From an uncultured Candidatus Micrarchaeota archaeon (GTDB lineage: Archaea > Micrarchaeota > Micrarchaeia > Anstonellales > Anstonellaceae): DNA of 52,303 nucleotides. Below are positions 47,268-52,303 of the stretch, in pieces (position 1 is the first letter of the stretch; each line of letters opens with the position of its first letter). The DNA lies in assembly GCA_903923795.1 (NCBI GenBank), contig CAIXYX010000139.1:1-52303 (forward strand). Direction: 5' to 3'. The notes under the pieces were generated by a model. That model saw only the letters and a program-made list of their open reading frames with translations. It was not told the DNA's origin and did not search any database. The translations under genes were made by a program, and so were the position numbers.

Positions 47268-47308
47268 AAAAAAGTAATCTAAGTAGTCAACATAAGAAAT
47301 AATAAAGG

Positions 47309-48307
47309 CTATTGAACGGCCCGTCTGTCAATAATATCTTCCGCATCCGCTCCCGTGCCAATCAATCCGACTTTTACGCCCACCTTCTTCTCGATTTCGG
47401 CAACGAAAGCCTTGGCGTCCGCATCAAGCTCGTCGAATTTCCTCTTCTTGGCGCATTTGGGGAATTTGACATCCAATTTCGTCACGGCGAGGTAATTGGC
47501 CGAATTTATCATGGCGGCGGTTTTGATTTCGTCCCAGACAAGATTCGGATTCGTGCGCCGAGGCCGGCCTGTGACAGTGCCATATTCCTGCATGCCGATT
47601 TTCTTTGCCTCCTCCTCGCTCAATTCGCCGGGCATCGGGCCCGAGCCGACTCGAGTGGTGTATGCCTTGATGACCATAATAACGTCTTTCACCTTGCGCG
47701 GGCCCAAGCCCACTTCGGCGCAAATAGTCGAGGCGCTCACATCCTTGCTTGTCACAAATGGATAAGTGCCGTACAAGTTGGAGAGCATGAAACCCTGGCT
47801 GCCCTCGACAAGAACATTTTTGGTGGAATTCACAAGCTCTGGCACGTCACCCAAATATTTTTTGAGGCGAGGCTCTGATTCGACTGTGGTGGCCGTTCTC
47901 GAAGCCCGTGCGGCCTGCGTGGGGCCCATACCAGTTTTGGTTGTGCCGATTTTTTTCGAATTCTCCGATGCCGCGTCAAGGTCTTTCATTTCTTGTGTGA
48001 TGAGAGTGGCGCGCCTGTCGATGATGCACCGATTTCCCAATTCGAAATTCGCGACCTCTTTGAGAAACACGTCGGCGTCAATCAATACGCCTGCGCCTAT
48101 GGCGAGCTTCGCCTCCTTCTCCACCAAACCGGACGGCACGAGGCGTATCGAGTATTTCTTTCCCTTGTACTCGACGCTGTGCCCCGCATTAGGCCCGCCG
48201 CCGCCGCGCGCAATCACTTCGGGTTTGTCATGCAGCGCGAGGTAGGAGATTATCTTGCCCTTGCCCTCGTCCCCATACTGGCCTCCGACGACTACGGTGA
48301 CGCTCAT
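47309..48307 (-). CDS. purA: Adenylosuccinate synthetase (short archaeal type)
   Basis: GGQYGDEGKGK, GPNAGHS, EGSQG, YGTYPFVTS, EYGTVTGRPRR, TKLD. Confidence 0.97.
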   Translation of the reverse strand: MSVTVVVGGQYGDEGKGKIISYLALHDKPEVIARGGGGPNAGHSVEYKGKKYSIRLVPSGLVEKEAKLAIGAGVLIDADVFLKEVANFELGNRCIIDRRATLITQEMKDLDAASENSKKIGTTKTGMGPTQAARASRTATTVESEPRLKKYLGDVPELVNSTKNVLVEGSQGFMLSNLYGTYPFVTSKDVSASTICAEVGLGPRKVKDVIMVIKAYTTRVGSGPMPGELSEEEAKKIGMQEYGTVTGRPRRTNPNLVWDEIKTAAMINSANYLAVTKLDVKFPKCAKKRKFDELDADAKAFVAEIEKKVGVKVGLIGTGADAEDIIDRRAVQ

Positions 48308-48346
48308 AGAATCACAACCTAAGAAATAGATGGTGCGGCAGAGCTA

Positions 48347-49351
48347 TTATACTTTCACTTTTGCACAGAGGCGCAAGGCCAGCCCGATGGCGTCCTCCAG
48401 CCTCTCTCCCCGCGGCCCGCTCGCCCCCGCCGCGCCTGGATGCCCTCCGCCCATGCCGCCCAAAGCCCGGCCGGTCTCGCGCATGATGGCAGGTAGGTCC
48501 ATCTCATCTGCCAGACTCGCCCGAACGCGGGCCGAGATGCGCGCGCCCTTTTTGTCTGATGTGCCCGCCACCGCAACGTCGGCCCCGGCGGAGATGAGCG
48601 CGTCGGCCACGTGGGATTCGTGCGACGAGACTATGGCAGATGCGAGCAGCCGCTCTCCCTGCAGTTTCCATGTGCATTGGCGCAAGCCCTCGAGCACGGC
48701 CGCCCGGCATGTCGCGTTGTTCGGATGGCGCAATTCATTGAGCAGTTGCTCGTAAGACTGCGATGAGAGGGGAATGAGGCGGGAAAGTGCGGCGAACGTA
48801 TTCGCGTCCGCGCGCATCAAATGAGCGGAATCCGAGAGGATGCCCAAAATCAGCCAGCGGGCCTGTTCGGAAGAAGGATGGATGATGAGGTCGGCGACTA
48901 ATTCGCAGGCCGACGAGGATTCTGGCTCCACCCACTCGGTTTTCGCCCTCACCGAAGCTCTCGAGACGGAATGGTGGTCGATGAGGATGAATGGCCGGCA
49001 GGCTGCCGCTCTGCCACCGAATTGGGGCAAAATTGACGGGTCATTGGCATCGAGCAGGATTATTTTCGCATCTGGGAATTTTGCGCGGGCAGTCTCGAAC
49101 GAAATGAATTTCTTCATCTCCCAACTCATGAGCCGCCTGCTCTCCGAATTTGTCCTGTCGGCTGGGGCGATGACGGCTTTCGGTCCAAGTTCTGCGGCGA
49201 GAGCGAGGGCCGAGGCCACCGCATCCGTGTCGCCTAAGGAATGGAAAGTGATTATGACGGGCTTGTTGCGAAGTTTCTCCAGCGCGGCCATCATTTGTTT
49301 TGGGGCCGAATAAGCCGGTTTTGCCCTCTGCGCCACCCTTTTCTTGCCCAT
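48347..49351 (-). CDS. DHH/DHHA1 phosphoesterase
   Basis: H..GDTDAVAS, LIDHH, GILSDS and GGGHPGAAG motifs. Confidence 0.93.
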   Translation of the reverse strand: MGKKRVAQRAKPAYSAPKQMMAALEKLRNKPVIITFHSLGDTDAVASALALAAELGPKAVIAPADRTNSESRRLMSWEMKKFISFETARAKFPDAKIILLDANDPSILPQFGGRAAACRPFILIDHHSVSRASVRAKTEWVEPESSSACELVADLIIHPSSEQARWLILGILSDSAHLMRADANTFAALSRLIPLSSQSYEQLLNELRHPNNATCRAAVLEGLRQCTWKLQGERLLASAIVSSHESHVADALISAGADVAVAGTSDKKGARISARVRASLADEMDLPAIMRETGRALGGMGGGHPGAAGASGPRGERLEDAIGLALRLCAKVKV

Positions 49352-49429
49352 GCTTTACGCCTTCGGTTGAATAGAATATAAAACCGGTGGAAGTGAGGAA
49401 TAAGCCGAATTAAGAAAAAGGATTCCGGT

Positions 49430-49804
49430 TTATCCGGCTTCATCGGCGGCCGCATTCTGCGAAGCGGCCAATGCCTTCTCCAAATAGGCGCGCAATTCCT
49501 CGGAGCGGGCGCGCAGCTTCTCCTCCTGCTTGCCCAATGAGCCGTTTCTGACCTCGAACGTCTCGAGCTTCTCGGCCATCTCCTTCTTCGCGGCCGCCAC
49601 GCTTGTCTCGATGAGAAGATTGCCTATGGCGCGAAAGACCTTGCCGGATGCCGTCTTGAGCTCCTCCGTCGCCATGTTCATCTCCTCTATCTGCATCTGC
49701 ACCTGCTGGCGCTGCATGCTCACCATCTGCAGTTGCCTTTGCAGGTTCTGGAATTCGTCGACTTGCGACTGGAGCTTCTTGGGGTCACGGACAGGTTCTG
49801 CCAT
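49430..49804 (-). CDS. pfdB: Prefoldin beta subunit
   Basis: Coiled coils flanking KVFRAIGNLLIE; conserved gene context. Confidence 0.93.
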   Translation of the reverse strand: MAEPVRDPKKLQSQVDEFQNLQRQLQMVSMQRQQVQMQIEEMNMATEELKTASGKVFRAIGNLLIETSVAAAKKEMAEKLETFEVRNGSLGKQEEKLRARSEELRAYLEKALAASQNAAADEAG

Positions 49805-49888
49805 TTTGTTCACCTTTGAAAAACGATGATTATCCATCTCATGCGGAGAATATAAACCCGGCGGGAAAGCAAAGTCTATTTTGAAAGC

Positions 49889-50104
49889 TCATACTTTCTC
49901 GAGTGTTTGCATCAGGGCCGCGAGCCTTTTGGCCGTGTATTCGGCCACCTTCTTTTTTTGGGGGGAAAGAGCGGGGAGAATGACATTGACGATGCTGCCC
50001 TTCGCGCCGGCTTTCACTCCTCTTTTGGTGATTGCCTCGAGTTGGGTGCGAAAGACCGGGATGGCGGCCTTTGCTGCGCACTGAGAGGCAAATTCGAATT
50101 CCAT
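49889..50104 (-). CDS. Probable divergent KEOPS subunit Pcc1
   Basis: 71-aa alpha/beta protein at the conserved position between the Brix and prefoldin beta genes. The call rests mainly on synteny. Confidence 0.5.
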   Translation of the reverse strand: MEFEFASQCAAKAAIPVFRTQLEAITKRGVKAGAKGSIVNVILPALSPQKKKVAEYTAKRLAALMQTLEKV

Positions 50105-50653
50105 CTATTCCACCCACTCGCATTGCATTTCGAGCAAAATCTCTTTGTCGAATTTTATTTCGAGAGCCGGCGTTTCCAAAAGTTTGCCCTTGCTCTTGGA
50201 TTTCGGCTTCACTAACTCCAATTTCAATTCGGCCGGCTCGTCCATGAATTCGGCGAGCGGATGGTTGTCGAGGCCCAGGAAAGAGCAAAACGCCTTCGCC
50301 TCGCCGAGCGCGGAATAGATGTATGGGTCTTCGCCGAGTTCGGAGCGGATTTTGGCGCGGTTGAGTTTTATTTTTTTTACCATCAGCCGCTGTTCGCTCC
50401 AGGCCCAACGAATTGCGCCATCCTCGCCCGTCTCCAGATGGCGGGAGCGCAATGAGAAGCAGTGATTCTCGCCGTCGTCGCATACCATCATCACCACAAG
50501 CGTTTTCTCCCCTTTACGCGCAGCAAGGATTTCCAGCCTCGAGAGGCTCCGCTCGCCGCGGGGGATGAATTCCGCGCCGGGCAGGGCATCTGCCAGAGCG
50601 CGGGCACTCTTCTTTAATTCAACAGGCGAATTCTTCGAGGTGGTGAGCCACAT
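50105..50653 (-). CDS. Brix-domain ribosome biogenesis protein
   Basis: Likely start MWLTTSKNSP; TTS..P....ARAL...P...I.RG..SL..L motif; synteny with pfdB. Confidence 0.8.
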   Translation of the reverse strand: MWLTTSKNSPVELKKSARALADALPGAEFIPRGERSLSRLEILAARKGEKTLVVMMVCDDGENHCFSLRSRHLETGEDGAIRWAWSEQRLMVKKIKLNRAKIRSELGEDPYIYSALGEAKAFCSFLGLDNHPLAEFMDEPAELKLELVKPKSKSKGKLLETPALEIKFDKEILLEMQCEWVE

Positions 50654-50894
50654 GGGCAATAGAAGGAAGGCGGGAGATAAAAGGCATATGGCCAGCACAT
50701 ATTTAACCTCCATCTGCAATATAATATAGATGAGCGCGACGCGCATTCGGACCAGCCCGAAGATATTGACCAAACTCCTTATTCCGTCAGCCATATTCTC
50801 CTCATTCTTCCTGCTTGGCTCGGAGAACACATATTCTTCGCCCGGCTCGCCACGAGCCGTTTCCATTTATAAGAATTCGCCACATGAATGCGCC

Positions 50895-52142
50895 ATGACT
50901 ACTTCGAAAGTGAAAACAATTGAAGAGCAGCTAGGCATAAACCACGGAATAGTTCCATCCAAAAGAAATAATCTGGCATATAAACCAGTGAAAAACGAGA
51001 CTGAGAAAAAAGTCGTGCCGATAAAGACGAAGAATTTCGCCGAGCTCGTCTATTCGCTCCCGCTATACAAAGAGCTTACAGTGGCATTCGAAAAATATTA
51101 TGGCCAAAACATGGACATGCCGAAAGTCAAGAATTTTCTTTCATGGTTAAAAGAGAATGAAAACGAGCTCAAGGCCGGGATAATAAATGATGTAGAGAAC
51201 GGACGGATATATTTCAAGATGAAGGAAGGGGATGAGACCCAGTATATGCTTCATCTACTCGGTTTTGTGATAGGCGGCAGATACACGGCAGATCATTTCA
51301 GGCCGAAAGAGATGAAAAAAACGAGTCTGGTATATCCAAAGATGTTCAATGACGAGACGGGAACAATATCATACAACCCGAATGACCATTCTATAGATCT
51401 TAGCCAGCGGCTAGTTGCCGAGAGCGAACCGTGCGGCAATCTCTCAGATGGCATACGGCATTTCATAAAAGCATTCAACCTCGGAATCCACGAGCACGCA
51501 CACGCCCTGAATAACATGTATACCAGACCAAAAAATAGAGGGGACGAACCGATCCTGTCTCTTTCGGAGATTTCTGCGTATTACGCCCAGACAGAGCTGG
51601 GGTTGCCGCTTAAATCAGACGAGATAATCAATGCAGGTTATGCGAATCGCGATCCCCTGCACACATTGAACGAGATCATATCTGAACGGCTCGAGGTATA
51701 CTCGAAAAACGGCGAAAAACCAAAAAACACGGATGAGAGCATCAGGAACTGGATGGAGTATGAGTACCTAGATTTCTTCGTCGGTCCGTGGATAAAAAAA
51801 TCTTGTGGAGAAAAATTCAATATCCTTGATTACCCGCATAAGGACCAGGGCCTAAGCCTTGGGGAATTATTCATAATTGTCAATCTCCAAAAACCGCTCA
51901 ATATGAGCAAGCTCTTGCGAGACATGGGCATTGCTGAAGACGGGGCAGTCGGCAAGAATGTGGCGGGGGCCATTCGAGAACTATTAAAAATCCGCAGAGA
52001 GAAGGGGGACAACGTATTCACTAGACAGGAGTTCCTAAATTCCATGAGAAACGCCCTGACAAAACAATTCAAATGTGATCCGGCATCCGAGAGCATACCG
52101 GACGATTATGTTCTTCTCGATACACGAAAAAGAGGTGGTTAG
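50895..52142 (+). CDS. Hypothetical protein with an HExxH zincin motif
   Basis: Likely start MTTSKVK. GIHEHAHAL followed by SEISAY. Visibly more AT-rich than its neighbours. Confidence 0.65.
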   Translation: MTTSKVKTIEEQLGINHGIVPSKRNNLAYKPVKNETEKKVVPIKTKNFAELVYSLPLYKELTVAFEKYYGQNMDMPKVKNFLSWLKENENELKAGIINDVENGRIYFKMKEGDETQYMLHLLGFVIGGRYTADHFRPKEMKKTSLVYPKMFNDETGTISYNPNDHSIDLSQRLVAESEPCGNLSDGIRHFIKAFNLGIHEHAHALNNMYTRPKNRGDEPILSLSEISAYYAQTELGLPLKSDEIINAGYANRDPLHTLNEIISERLEVYSKNGEKPKNTDESIRNWMEYEYLDFFVGPWIKKSCGEKFNILDYPHKDQGLSLGELFIIVNLQKPLNMSKLLRDMGIAEDGAVGKNVAGAIRELLKIRREKGDNVFTRQEFLNSMRNALTKQFKCDPASESIPDDYVLLDTRKRGG

Positions 52143-52303
52143 ATGTTCGTAATGCAAACATACAAACAACAAGGGCAGAATCAGACCGAAGCGCAGAAAC
52201 AAAGAGCAATGGGCGTGTAAATCTTCATGGTGCGGATTCGGCCTAACGAAAAAAGCTGAGCCACCGCCGACTCGCGACGTGAACCGCGATAGCGGAACTG
52301 ACA

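Noticed and set aside
52225..52303. GC-rich structured end of window whose minus strand ends ...TCCGCACCA (possible tRNA or other ncRNA 3' end)
   Set aside because: No valid T-arm or SRP motif can be built from the visible part, and it is truncated by the window edge.

Overview
Archaeal chromosomal window, probably DPANN/Micrarchaeota-like (inferred from gene content only). Housekeeping genes: aRF1, LeuRS, TFB, RadA, Sec61-beta, MscL, PurA, phosphohexomutase, and a Brix-Pcc1-prefoldin beta-DHH block. RNA genes: tRNA-Arg, an intron-containing tRNA-Met, tRNA-Thr and RNase P RNA. Surface and secretion genes: an S-layer protein, a 2.8-kaa subtilase with 21 FN3-like repeats, a class III pilin-like protein, and a VirB2/VirB6/PrgI-VirB4-like operon with no relaxase, coupling protein or integrase in the window. 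The most unusual signal is non-coding: four copies of a ~46-55 nt three-tract element (pyrimidine tract, its mirror image, then a purine tract). The tract registers differ between copies but stay matched within each copy, as an intramolecular Y.R-Y triple helix would require. All copies lie in or directly behind stable-RNA genes: one at the 5' splice junction of the tRNA-Met intron, one behind RNase P RNA, and two interleaved with duplicated 3' ends of tRNA-Thr. The tRNA-Met intron also looks like a box C/D guide for its own C34. All calls come from reading motifs by eye; no database searches were run.
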